Shown here: positions 9,167 to 18,737 of the stretch, piece by piece | How positions within the stretch are numbered: position 1 is the stretch's first letter | Layout: every line of letters starts with the position of its first letter | From: a virus | Direction: 5' to 3' (one strand) | DNA length: 38,040 nucleotides | Virus genome (UHGV): UHGV-0192593 | The notes under the pieces: model-generated | What the model saw: the letters and a program-made list of their open reading frames with translations, nothing else | Databases searched by the model: none | What the model was told of the DNA's origin: nothing | Translations under genes and position numbers: made by a program

Positions 9167-10105
9167 ATGACAAACGTTTTATCAAACGAAACACTATTAA
9201 AACAAATGAATGCAATCCTGAAAGCTGGCAACAATGTTACCTTACGTGAAGACAATGCTCGAGCATTCTTTTTAGATGCTGTTGCAACTGCTGGAACTAT
9301 CGGGAAATTATTTGTCCATTTTGCCAAATCTGGCACAGGATCTTTGGATAAGTTAGGCGTTAAAAAACGTACATTGAAAAAGCATCTAGGTATTAACACT
9401 GAAGATACTGGTACGGATATCAAAGAAGAAGATACAGTACCATTTTCTCTTGTTCCGGTTTATTTAGATACATGGATCGAGAACAGCAATACATTTTATA
9501 CTGCTCGTACACGTGGGCAAGATGTCCGTCAAGCGTTGCTTTCGCTGATGCAAGCACAATATGCAGCAGATTTACAAGATCTAGCTTTCAATGGGGATGA
9601 ATCTTCTACTGATCCATTCGTGAAATTAAATGACGGTTATATCAAAATGGCTAAAGCATCTGCTGAAGTAAAAGTAGAAGGTGCAAAATTGCCGACTATT
9701 CAAGAACTAACTGCTGCAACTGCTAGAATTGAACCGAAATATTTGCGTCAAGGAACATTTAAGTTCTTTATGTCTCAAGCAACAGCAACAAACTATGTTG
9801 TTGAATTACAAAATCGGAATACCGCTTTGGGTGATGCAGTACTCGTGGATGGTGCTCTACGCAATATCGGTGGATTTGGAGTCGAAGTTGTTGAGTCTAT
9901 GGAAAACAATGTAATTCTGTTCACTCCTTATGAAAACCTTGCTGTCGTTTCTGGTTTGACTGTTACATTGACAACCGCTGCTCAAGACAGCCGTGCCGTT
10001 GCAAAACAGGCAACATATCACTTCATGCTTGATGATATTGACTTCATCATTCGTGAACCTAAAGCACTAGCTTACTTCGGTATTGATGCTACTCCAGAAG
10101 GATAA
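9167..10105 (+). CDS. Major capsid protein.
   Basis: 313 aa gene after the scaffold gene. Strong RBS AAGGGGGA, 7 nt before the ATG at 9167. Confidence 0.7.
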   Translation: MTNVLSNETLLKQMNAILKAGNNVTLREDNARAFFLDAVATAGTIGKLFVHFAKSGTGSLDKLGVKKRTLKKHLGINTEDTGTDIKEEDTVPFSLVPVYLDTWIENSNTFYTARTRGQDVRQALLSLMQAQYAADLQDLAFNGDESSTDPFVKLNDGYIKMAKASAEVKVEGAKLPTIQELTAATARIEPKYLRQGTFKFFMSQATATNYVVELQNRNTALGDAVLVDGALRNIGGFGVEVVESMENNVILFTPYENLAVVSGLTVTLTTAAQDSRAVAKQATYHFMLDDIDFIIREPKALAYFGIDATPEG

Positions 10106-10125
10106 TAAAGGGAACGGTGAAAAAC

Positions 10126-10332
10126 ATGGCAAAATACAACGTTTTAAAAAAATTCCGTGATAAAGAAACTAAAGAAGTTTATGAAGCAGGGACGGTCATT
10201 GATATGACCGTTAAACGTGCTGAAGAAGTTGCTGTAAATCTAGATGATTCTTTCTTAGAACGTGTTGAAGAAAAGAAAGATGACAAGAAAGCCGGCAAAG
10301 GCGATCAGAAGGAAGACAAAAAAGGAAAGTAG
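10126..10332 (+). CDS. Small hypothetical head-module protein.
   Basis: Short, charged, lysine-rich ORF after the capsid gene. Confidence 0.4.
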   Translation: MAKYNVLKKFRDKETKEVYEAGTVIDMTVKRAEEVAVNLDDSFLERVEEKKDDKKAGKGDQKEDKKGK

Positions 10333-10341
10333 GTGAAGATC

Positions 10342-10749
10342 ATGTCTGAACCTTATGTTGATGAAACCTTTTACAAGAATGATTACGAGGGAACTCCTGT
10401 TGATGATAAGGACTTTTCTCGTCTATCCAAAAGGGCTTCGGACATTATTGACTCTTTGACAGATTATCAAGTGCCTAAAATCGGTTTGGATAAATTTTCC
10501 GAACATGTACAGCTGCTGATTAAAAAAGCTTGTTGTGCTCAAATAGAATACTATCAAGTTGAAGGTATAGATCTTGATGTTACAGGAAATACTTTGAGCG
10601 GTCAAAGCGCTTCTATCGGTGGGTTTAGCTATTCCGGCGCAACAACGTCAACGAGTAAGCAAGCCAATCGGGTCGCTCCGAGTTGTCTTTCATATTTAGA
10701 GGGAACCGGTCTTTTGAGAAAAAGGAGTGTGAGGATCGGTGTCATTTAA
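10342..10749 (+). CDS. Head-tail connector (gp6-like).
   Basis: Position and size typical for a connector. GGTGA RBS. Confidence 0.55.
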   Translation: MSEPYVDETFYKNDYEGTPVDDKDFSRLSKRASDIIDSLTDYQVPKIGLDKFSEHVQLLIKKACCAQIEYYQVEGIDLDVTGNTLSGQSASIGGFSYSGATTSTSKQANRVAPSCLSYLEGTGLLRKRSVRIGVI

Positions 10750-11083
10750 GCCAATACCTAAACACTTGTTGATCCATGAGGTTATCTATCAAGCTCCAAA
10801 GCCTGATGATGATGGCTCAATGGGAAGTGGTGAACTGCCTAAACCACAAAAGATTGAACATGTAAGGTTTACTCCTAAGCGAAAAAGAATTGTAAAAATG
10901 GATAATACAGAGGTTTTGACTAACGGTGTTTTATATATAGATGCTGTTAATTCAAAACCTTTTGTTAATCCAAGCGAAGACGGAACAATCACATTTCAAA
11001 ACCGCAAACTAAAAATCGTTGAATGCTACGAGGTGTTCACTGACCAATTAAATCCACATCATATTGAGGTGATGTTGCAATGA
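10739..11083 (+). CDS. Head-tail adaptor / head closure protein.
   Basis: Small gene that overlaps its neighbours within the connector block. Confidence 0.45.
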   Translation: MSFKPIPKHLLIHEVIYQAPKPDDDGSMGSGELPKPQKIEHVRFTPKRKRIVKMDNTEVLTNGVLYIDAVNSKPFVNPSEDGTITFQNRKLKIVECYEVFTDQLNPHHIEVMLQ

Positions 11084-11409
11084 GCGGAAGATTTGAAGGT
11101 AATTTCGATCGTATTGAGAGAGCTATCGAATCCGCTCTGAATCCGACCGCAATCGCATTTGCTAAAGCGGCTAATCAGTATGTTAAGAAAGACACTGGGG
11201 CAACCGAAGCTAGTGTTTGGGTTGATAGTGATTTCCCAAAAGGAAAACTGGTATGGGGTACAGAGTATGCTGGGTACGCATATTATAGGGGAACTCCATC
11301 TAAAAACCACAATCCTCAAGCATCCATACGATGGGCTGAGGTTGCTAAAGCTCAGGATATGGATGAGGTATTAGCTGTGGCTGAGAAATCAATCAAGGAG
11401 GCGTTGTGA
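11080..11409 (+). CDS. Head-tail joining protein (HK97 gp10-like).
   Basis: Overlaps its neighbours by ATGA and has the typical size of this family. Confidence 0.5.
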   Translation: MSGRFEGNFDRIERAIESALNPTAIAFAKAANQYVKKDTGATEASVWVDSDFPKGKLVWGTEYAGYAYYRGTPSKNHNPQASIRWAEVAKAQDMDEVLAVAEKSIKEAL

Positions 11410-11843
11410 TGGATTTGTTTACGAAAATTGCTGATCATTTGAGATCCTTGGGATTAAGTACGCCAAGATTAACAGGTGATGGCAAGCAGATCATTCAGGA
11501 AGATAAACCTCCGCAAGATAATGAACGAGATTTGGCTATTCAAGGGATTGCTACTGGCCAAGGTCAGAAAGACCTAGCTAGAAATAGACAGATCCCTTTT
11601 ATGGTTCAAATTACTATCAAGAACACTGATCAAACCCAAGCATTTAATGATGCATGGAAGATTGCAGATAGCTTTGATAAATTGCCAAGAAAAGAAAATG
11701 AGGAATGGGTCACACTCCGCTCGAGTGATGGCTCATTTTTATTTGAGTCGAGCGAAGTCTATACACAACCTAGAAATCTAGGAATACAAGAACATGATGC
11801 GTATATCTATGTGCTTACTGTTCGAGTAAATATTGCTAAGTAG
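11406..11843 (+). CDS. Tail completion / tail terminator protein.
   Basis: Overlapping start, and located immediately before the major tail gene. Confidence 0.45.
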   Translation: MMDLFTKIADHLRSLGLSTPRLTGDGKQIIQEDKPPQDNERDLAIQGIATGQGQKDLARNRQIPFMVQITIKNTDQTQAFNDAWKIADSFDKLPRKENEEWVTLRSSDGSFLFESSEVYTQPRNLGIQEHDAYIYVLTVRVNIAK

Positions 11844-11854
11844 GAGGAAAACTC

Positions 11855-12343
11855 ATGAAAATGAATTTACAATTTTTTGCCGGTAAGACTGGTTTTCTGT
11901 CGAACTGGATGAACAAATACGAAATTGGGGCAGTTCCTGTTGGGGACGCAGAACCAACCTTGTTTGAGTTAGCGGATGGAATCCAGACAGTAGATCCTAG
12001 TAACGATGAGGATACGGAAGAATATTCTTATTATGGCGACAAAGGTGGTAAGCAAACCGAAGTTACTGGATTATCTAGTGCTTACGCATTTACTGGACAT
12101 CGAAAATACGCTGATGATCCAGCTCAGGAATTTGTACGTGATCGTTTAACTAAAACTGGTGTTGATCGTGTTGTTTATTTCCGACACACTGAACCGGACG
12201 GACGTATTCGCGAAGGCGAGGCAACTTTATCTGGTATTGTTCATACGGGTGGAGATGCAAATACTCGTGGAAATTTTGAATGTACAGTGACATTTAACGG
12301 ATTGCCAAAAGATACAAAACCAGGAACGGTCCCTGAGGGCTAG
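11855..12343 (+). CDS. Major tail protein.
   Basis: AGGAGG RBS, 162 aa, immediately upstream of the chaperone genes and the tape measure gene. Confidence 0.65.
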   Translation: MKMNLQFFAGKTGFLSNWMNKYEIGAVPVGDAEPTLFELADGIQTVDPSNDEDTEEYSYYGDKGGKQTEVTGLSSAYAFTGHRKYADDPAQEFVRDRLTKTGVDRVVYFRHTEPDGRIREGEATLSGIVHTGGDANTRGNFECTVTFNGLPKDTKPGTVPEG

Positions 12344-12389
12344 CGTTTGCTAGCCTTTTTCTACATAAAAATTTTAGGAGGAATCATTC

Positions 12390-12791
12390 ATGACAAATAA
12401 ATTAATTGAAGTTGGTTTTAAAAAACAAGTCCAACCGGTACGAATTGCTGGATTAGATTTTGAAATCAAGACAGGCAAGAAGTATCGTGATCAGTATTTA
12501 GCAGCTTTACCTAAGATGCTTGAAGGTATTCAAGAACAAGAGAAGGCAATTAATGAAGCATCCAAGTCTGGTGACTATGGAGCTATTGTTGAAGCAAACA
12601 AGAAGGTTGAGCTAGTTGTAAAAAATGTTATTGATCTAGTTTTAGGAGAAGGGGCATTTGAAAAGTTGATGTATGCTGCCGATGAAGATATAGATTTGGT
12701 AGTTGGGGCATTCCTTGAAGTTGCTGAACGGTATAAAAAGCTTCAAACAAAACAAAAAGCACAATCCTATATCGACGGTAAAAAGAAATAG
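12390..12791 (+). CDS. Tail assembly chaperone.
   Basis: Acidic 133-aa protein between the major tail gene and the tape measure gene. AGGAGG RBS. Confidence 0.55.
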   Translation: MTNKLIEVGFKKQVQPVRIAGLDFEIKTGKKYRDQYLAALPKMLEGIQEQEKAINEASKSGDYGAIVEANKKVELVVKNVIDLVLGEGAFEKLMYAADEDIDLVVGAFLEVAERYKKLQTKQKAQSYIDGKKK

Positions 12792-12803
12792 AGGTGATGC
12801 TTT

Positions 12804-13499
12804 ATGGCATTATCTCTTGCTTGGGGAATCGATGATTCGATTATCATCAATAACAACAAATATGAACTAAATCTCGAGTTTTCTCGTGTTCTTCGATGGT
12901 ATGAGATGTGGAAAGATCCGGATTTATCCGAGATGGACAAAGTTCTTTATTCTATTATTTTAATTGTATCAATTCCATGGTCAGATGATCCACCAACAAG
13001 CATTGAAAATCTGGTATCAATAATTCCACAAGATGACTTAGTACCGTTATCTAATGCAATTATTAAACGGATTGCGGGCGAGCAAGTGGAAAGTACAACA
13101 GTAAAACGTGATTTAAAAGGAAACATTTTAGAAGACGAGGAAAAGAAGTGGTACGAATTCGAACAGGATTCCGGCTACATCTATTCCTCTTTTTTGATGG
13201 ACTATGGCATGGATCTGATGGAAGAAAGAGAAAAGGGATCACTTCATTGGGATAAGTTCAACCATTTATTAGCTGGGCTATCAGAGAACACCAAATTTAA
13301 AAATGTCATCAAGATTCGAATGATGGACTATCCGGAAAAAGCTACACCAAGTGAGATTGAAGAAATTAGAAAAGCGAAGCTTGCTGTGGCTTTAAAGGAA
13401 GATCGTTCAAACATTGAATTTGAAATGATGGATCTCAAACAAAAACGTGAATATATGTTGAACCAACAAGAAAAGAGAGGTGAGGTGGAGGATGAATGA
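12804..13499 (+). CDS. Phage Gp15-like protein (second gene upstream of the tape measure).
   Basis: 231 aa gene in the position where Gp15-family proteins occur in Listeria and Lactococcus siphophages. GAGGTGA RBS. Confidence 0.45.
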   Translation: MALSLAWGIDDSIIINNNKYELNLEFSRVLRWYEMWKDPDLSEMDKVLYSIILIVSIPWSDDPPTSIENLVSIIPQDDLVPLSNAIIKRIAGEQVESTTVKRDLKGNILEDEEKKWYEFEQDSGYIYSSFLMDYGMDLMEEREKGSLHWDKFNHLLAGLSENTKFKNVIKIRMMDYPEKATPSEIEEIRKAKLAVALKEDRSNIEFEMMDLKQKREYMLNQQEKRGEVEDE

Positions 13500-16400
13500 T
13501 GGCTCGGTAATTATTGATGTCGAATTTAATACTGCCAAAGCTCGAAAACAGTACCAGGAATTTGGGAATGAAGCGGCTCAGCAATTAGATAATACAATCG
13601 GGAAATCCAAAGCCTTCAACTCACTTTCTGAACAATCAGTAGAATTTGCAAAAAAGGCTAGTTTAAGCATTCTTGCCGTTGGATCTGCAGTTGCTGGTTT
13701 TTCAATTAAGTCAGCGGCCGATATGCAAGCGATGGATGCACAGTTTTCTCAAGTTTTTGGAAATTTAGAAAAAAATGCTCAAGGTAGTATTGATTCAATT
13801 TCAAAAGAGACGAATATACTTCCTAATCGTTTAAAACCGGCATTTACTTCGATGGCTGCATTTGCCAAAACAACAGGAATGGACACAGCCGATGCATTGG
13901 ATTTAACGAGTCGAGCAACAAAAGCAGCGGCTGATAGTGCAGCTTTTTACGATAAATCAATCGATGAAGTCTCCGAAAGCTTGCAATCATACTTAAAAGG
14001 TAATTATGAAAATGATGCGGCGCTAGGGATTTCTTCAACGGAAACAACACGAAATGCAGCTGCCAACAAGCTGTATGGCAAGTCATTTAATGATTTATCC
14101 GAAGCCCAGAAGCAGTTAACTCTTTTGCAGATGGTCGAAGATGGAAATAAGTTGTCCGGAGCATTAGGTCAAGCAGCACGTGAAGGTGGCGGACTCGAAA
14201 ATGTTATGGGGAACATGAAGCAAGCCATTACAGATTTGGGCGCTGCTTTTGGTGCTCCTCTGCTTCAACCGTTTTTGAATATTGTTCAAAAAATTAGTGG
14301 AGCTATGTCTAAGCTTGCTCAAGTATTCCGAGAGAATCCGGCACTTGTTTATGTAGTGGTTGGTGCAGTAACAACTTTAGCAGCCGCTTTAGGTGCCGCC
14401 TACCTAGCCGCTAATAATTTTGCAAAATTGAAGGCGATTATGTCAGGTGTAAAAGCTGGATTCTTAGCTTTAACAAGTCCAGTATCGTTAGTAGTGTTGG
14501 CAATTGGAGCTTTAGTTACTGCCTTTGTGTACTTTTATAAAACGAGCGATACGTTTAGATCTAAAGTAGACGGTGTTGTAAAGACTTTAAAAACCTTTAT
14601 GGCACCTATTGGAGATGTCGTTAAAGGTATTAAATTACTTGCTCAAGCATTTAAAGCGATCGTATTCAACGACTTCAGTGTTAGTGTATCTGATCTTCAT
14701 GATCAATTTGTCAAACTTTTTCCGGAATCATTATGGAAAGGAATGACGACTTTTGCTCAAAGCACTAAAGGAATAGTACAAGGGGTTTTAACTTTGGCAA
14801 AAGCTTTTAAAGCAATAGCTTTTAATGACTTATCCGTAAGCATAGCAGATTTAAAAGCGGATTTTTTAGAAGTATTTCCTGAAAGTTTATGGAACGGAAT
14901 GACCAAAATAGCTTCAGGAATCCGTTCATTAATAACCGGGTTTAAGAGTGGCAAAAAATCAATCGATCCTTTTGGAATTGCTCTTAAAGTCTTGAAAGCA
15001 GTATTTCTTGGATTGTTAGGTCCTATTGGACTATTTATAAAGGCATTTGAATTGATAGCAAAAGCTCTTGGCGGTGGGGATGTTTCAAAAGGAATAGATC
15101 AAATAATTAGTGGCTTTGACTCTCTAGCTACTGGACTAGCAGATAATGCGCCGAGAATTGGAAGTTCAGCCGGGAAAGCGATTGAGGGGATTCTAACAGC
15201 AATAGCGAGTGCACTTCCAGGCATTATTGCAGGCGGTTTAAGAATAGTAGCTGCAATAGTCTCTGGAATTGCTCATGGTCTACCTTCAATCGCTTTATCA
15301 GCTAGTCAACTAATTCTTGCATTTACTGGCTCAATGATGCTTTTGATTCCGCAAATAGCTTTATCAGCAACAGCGATTATTGTTGCGTTACTTGCATCAC
15401 TAACCGCTGGATTACCTCAGATTATTGTTGCAGGCGGAGCATTGATTTTGGCTTTATTAGACGGAATCACACAACAGATTCCAGCTTTGATAGAATCTGC
15501 TGCTTCATTAATTCTGACATGGATTACTGCATTAACAGCGTATATACCAGATATCATTGTTGCAGGTATGTCATTACTAATTGCTGTTATTAACGGAATA
15601 ACTCGAAAGCTTCCAGATTTAGTAACGGCTGTAGGAACTTTGATAGTGACATTTTTAAATGCGCTCTCCTCGCAACTGCCTAAAGTTGTTGTTGCAGGAG
15701 CAAACCTTATTGTCAAACTACTGAATGGACTAGCTTCAAAAATGCCTGCTTTAGTTTCGGCAGCTTTAAATCTTGTTGTTCAGTTTATTAATGGAATGGC
15801 GTCAAAAGCTAGTGCAGTGGTGACAGCTGGTGTTAATTTAATTGTTCAAATCTTACGTGGAATTGCGAATAATATAAATCGCATTGTTGAAGCAGGCATG
15901 GATATTGTTGATGCTGCAGTAAGAGGTGTTTTGAGAGCGCAAGATCGTCTTTTCAAAGCAGGGATAACTCTTGTTAATGGACTTGCGAATAATATTCGTA
16001 ATAATCAGGCAGCTATGAAAGAGGCTGGAGCAAATCTGTTAAGTGCGTTAGTTGGTGCTCTGCCAGGTGGTGCATTGATTAATAACGGTATTGCTTTGGT
16101 AAACGGTTTACTGAGTGGATTGACATCAGGATTTGAATCGGTTAAGAGAACTGTTTCTGGCTGGGCTGATACTATCGCAAGTTTGAAAGGGCCAATCCCT
16201 TATGACAAGAAAGTTTTGATTGAAAACGGACTGGCATTAGTAGCCGGCTTGAAAACAGGTCTTACAGACGGGTTCTCTGATGTTAAGTCGGATGTTTCTA
16301 CATGGGCAAATGAACTTCAAAGAGGTATTGAGTCTGAATTTGATTCCAATTATTTCAATGATTTAATTGGCAATATTCCAACAGAGATACCAGCGATGAA

Positions 16401-16680
16401 GGCGTTAATGAGTGGTAGTTTAAAGCCGGAGCAAAACTCAGCTATAATAGCAAATCTAAATAAACCAGTTAATCAAGCGAAAGTTGCTCGTAATTTCGCT
16501 GATAGCACTAGCTTTCTAACTAGCTTGACCGATGCAATTGATAAGCTTGCTAACAGGCCCGTTGAAGCAAGCTTTAAAATAGGCGAAAGAGAAATAGTAA
16601 AAGCCATTGCTCAACCAGTAAACCAAGAAATTTTGCGAATACAGCGTAGACAAAAAAGAAGTCAGGAGGGGATAACTTGA
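13492..16680 (+). CDS. Tail tape measure protein.
   Basis: More than 1000 aa. Long Ala/Leu/Gly-rich helical repeats and internal duplications. Confidence 0.85.
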   Translation: MNDGSVIIDVEFNTAKARKQYQEFGNEAAQQLDNTIGKSKAFNSLSEQSVEFAKKASLSILAVGSAVAGFSIKSAADMQAMDAQFSQVFGNLEKNAQGSIDSISKETNILPNRLKPAFTSMAAFAKTTGMDTADALDLTSRATKAAADSAAFYDKSIDEVSESLQSYLKGNYENDAALGISSTETTRNAAANKLYGKSFNDLSEAQKQLTLLQMVEDGNKLSGALGQAAREGGGLENVMGNMKQAITDLGAAFGAPLLQPFLNIVQKISGAMSKLAQVFRENPALVYVVVGAVTTLAAALGAAYLAANNFAKLKAIMSGVKAGFLALTSPVSLVVLAIGALVTAFVYFYKTSDTFRSKVDGVVKTLKTFMAPIGDVVKGIKLLAQAFKAIVFNDFSVSVSDLHDQFVKLFPESLWKGMTTFAQSTKGIVQGVLTLAKAFKAIAFNDLSVSIADLKADFLEVFPESLWNGMTKIASGIRSLITGFKSGKKSIDPFGIALKVLKAVFLGLLGPIGLFIKAFELIAKALGGGDVSKGIDQIISGFDSLATGLADNAPRIGSSAGKAIEGILTAIASALPGIIAGGLRIVAAIVSGIAHGLPSIALSASQLILAFTGSMMLLIPQIALSATAIIVALLASLTAGLPQIIVAGGALILALLDGITQQIPALIESAASLILTWITALTAYIPDIIVAGMSLLIAVINGITRKLPDLVTAVGTLIVTFLNALSSQLPKVVVAGANLIVKLLNGLASKMPALVSAALNLVVQFINGMASKASAVVTAGVNLIVQILRGIANNINRIVEAGMDIVDAAVRGVLRAQDRLFKAGITLVNGLANNIRNNQAAMKEAGANLLSALVGALPGGALINNGIALVNGLLSGLTSGFESVKRTVSGWADTIASLKGPIPYDKKVLIENGLALVAGLKTGLTDGFSDVKSDVSTWANELQRGIESEFDSNYFNDLIGNIPTEIPAMKALMSGSLKPEQNSAIIANLNKPVNQAKVARNFADSTSFLTSLTDAIDKLANRPVEASFKIGEREIVKAIAQPVNQEILRIQRRQKRSQEGIT
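14630..14960 (+). repeat. Internal tandem duplication (about 165 bp, 2 copies) inside the tape measure gene.
   Basis: The peptide LAQAFKAIVFNDFSVSVSDLHDQFVKLFPESLWKGMT is followed by LAKAFKAIAFNDLSVSIADLKADFLEVFPESLWNGMT. Confidence 0.6.
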
Positions 16681-18737
16681 TTACAGTAACTTATGCAGGA
16701 TATGATATTACAAAGTATATGATAGTAACCTCTCTTGATCGGGGATTGCTACCAGGAATCGAATACAACACAAAAAAAGTTGGACGGTCAGACGGTGAGA
16801 AATACGTAGACCGCTCAATTGGTCGTAAAACGATACCAATGGGATTCAAGTTACGTTATGACCTTATAAAAAAGCGGAGAGCGCTTGCCGAGATACTAGC
16901 TCAAAAAGATCCAAAGCCATTGATTTTTAGCGATGAGCCAGATAAATGTTGGTATGCAATATCTACAGGAGATATTAGTGTTGCAGAGAATAATTTTCTG
17001 GGATCCGGAGAGATTAATTGGATTGTACCAGATGGCGTTTCTTATGATGTTAATCCTCGGATATTTTCTAATATCTCGATTGATAGTGCAGAGAATCAAG
17101 TTTTAGATCCGGAATTTCGAAAGAAAGATAAGTATTACAAACAATGGACCGCTCGATTAAATGAAACGAACGGTGCTCATAATATCTTGGGTGCTGATCT
17201 AAGTGATACAAACACTATTGCTGATAAAGGTGAAGTAAAGTACAACGGCTTTTATATCATGCAAAATAGCAACAGTACAGCGCGGAATTTATCTGAGCTG
17301 AAACAAGGAGACAAGGTTTGGGGACGTGTAGCACTAAGAATAGATAAGGCGTTGCAAGGAGACACAAACGGATCAAAAAGTGCGGTTGCGGTGATTCAAG
17401 AATTAGATTATGCAGGCGGTAAGGTTCTTGCTTCTCATGAAGCGAAACCTGCCGCTTTAAATTTGGGCAATTTCCAAAATCTAGATATTCATTTTACTAT
17501 TTCAAATCCAAATACCAAGGCACTAAATCTGATCACCTGTTTAGCATTAGGAAGTGCAGTTTCTTATTCAAAGCCGCAGTTTAACTTAGGGGAAAAGCTC
17601 GCAGATTTTGCCGAACCAACCGCTCAATTGGCCGATTATGTTGCTGTGACAAATCACGGAACATATAAAGCTTGGCCAATTCTCAGGGCAACTATGAACG
17701 GTGAAAATGGTCTTGTGGGTGTTGTCAATCCAGACGACGGTATTCTGCAATTTGGTAATGCAGAAGAGCTTGATGTGATTGAAGGGCAACGAACAGATAA
17801 AGTCATCAGTATTCCAATGAGGAATAATGCTAGTAAATTTGAGTTGAACAGTCCTAAGGCAAAACCGGATTACCCAAACTATGGAGGAAATCCAGATACG
17901 CCAAACAAAATCGGCGGGGACGTTGATTGGACAACAAGAGCCGATGTTGTGATGCCAATCTGGCCAGAGAATCATGATGGTGTTTGGGCAGGACCAACCT
18001 TATATACTGACATTCCCAAAAATACAAGCAATCTAGATACCGGGAACTTCACATATAGAAGTCGATTTGACTTCGAACCTACTAAGACTACTTCCGGACG
18101 TTTGACATTTACTCTGCAGAATAGTTCATTGGGAAGTATTGTTTCTTGTGTGATACGTGATAGTTCAAGAGTCAGAGAAGAGCTTATCGTAGAATTTAGT
18201 TGTTTTGATAAAGTTCAGAAGCGTTTGACACTTGACCGAAAAGAATGGACTGGTCGCTTTTGGGAGATTCAGATTCAGAGAACGAGTGATACAACCGTGG
18301 AATGGAAATTTTCCAAGTGGAAGGCTTTTAGCGGTGAAGGAATTATTGCCTCAAAAGCGGAGGTTTTTTCAGCAACTTTACCTGAAATTTCTGGTGTGGG
18401 TATTGATGGACTTTGCACTTGGTTTCAGAAATGGGGCGATGATCCGACTAATGAGCATGCCCTATATATGACATGGACTGATTGTAAATTTTATTGGGAT
18501 AACGAAACAACGTTTACTAATATACCCAATCTATTTGATGATGGGGATGTTTTGGAAATTGATGTTTTAAATCGCAAGGTATTTTTGAACGGATTTGAAA
18601 ACTTTAAACTTCATGCATTGGGCAATACCTGGGAACGATTTGCTGTGGAGCCAGGGACAACAACATTTTTACCCGTTGCTAGTAGTTGGGCAAACATTTT
18701 TGATTTTGAAGTAGAACTAAGGGGGGCATATATCTAA
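16677..18737 (+). CDS. Distal tail protein (Dit), an enlarged or evolved form.
   Basis: Lies directly between the tape measure gene and Tal, with an ATGA overlap to the tape measure gene. At 686 aa it is about twice the size of a canonical Dit, which suggests inserted carbohydrate-binding modules. Confidence 0.65.
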   Translation: MITVTYAGYDITKYMIVTSLDRGLLPGIEYNTKKVGRSDGEKYVDRSIGRKTIPMGFKLRYDLIKKRRALAEILAQKDPKPLIFSDEPDKCWYAISTGDISVAENNFLGSGEINWIVPDGVSYDVNPRIFSNISIDSAENQVLDPEFRKKDKYYKQWTARLNETNGAHNILGADLSDTNTIADKGEVKYNGFYIMQNSNSTARNLSELKQGDKVWGRVALRIDKALQGDTNGSKSAVAVIQELDYAGGKVLASHEAKPAALNLGNFQNLDIHFTISNPNTKALNLITCLALGSAVSYSKPQFNLGEKLADFAEPTAQLADYVAVTNHGTYKAWPILRATMNGENGLVGVVNPDDGILQFGNAEELDVIEGQRTDKVISIPMRNNASKFELNSPKAKPDYPNYGGNPDTPNKIGGDVDWTTRADVVMPIWPENHDGVWAGPTLYTDIPKNTSNLDTGNFTYRSRFDFEPTKTTSGRLTFTLQNSSLGSIVSCVIRDSSRVREELIVEFSCFDKVQKRLTLDRKEWTGRFWEIQIQRTSDTTVEWKFSKWKAFSGEGIIASKAEVFSATLPEISGVGIDGLCTWFQKWGDDPTNEHALYMTWTDCKFYWDNETTFTNIPNLFDDGDVLEIDVLNRKVFLNGFENFKLHALGNTWERFAVEPGTTTFLPVASSWANIFDFEVELRGAYI

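Noticed and set aside
3751-9423. Intragenic or antisense track ORFs (3751..3945, 4909..5235, 6337..6549, 6599..6832, 7142..7327, 8197..8410, 8748..9423 and similar ORFs inside the tape measure, Dit, Tal and int genes).
   Set aside because: They lie wholly within well-supported longer genes, lack RBS, and have low-complexity or hydrophobic translations typical of spurious frames.
12390-13499. A programmed -1 frameshift joining the two pre-tape-measure chaperone ORFs.
   Set aside because: Both ORFs are in the same frame, separated by two in-frame stop codons, and no slippery heptamer is evident.
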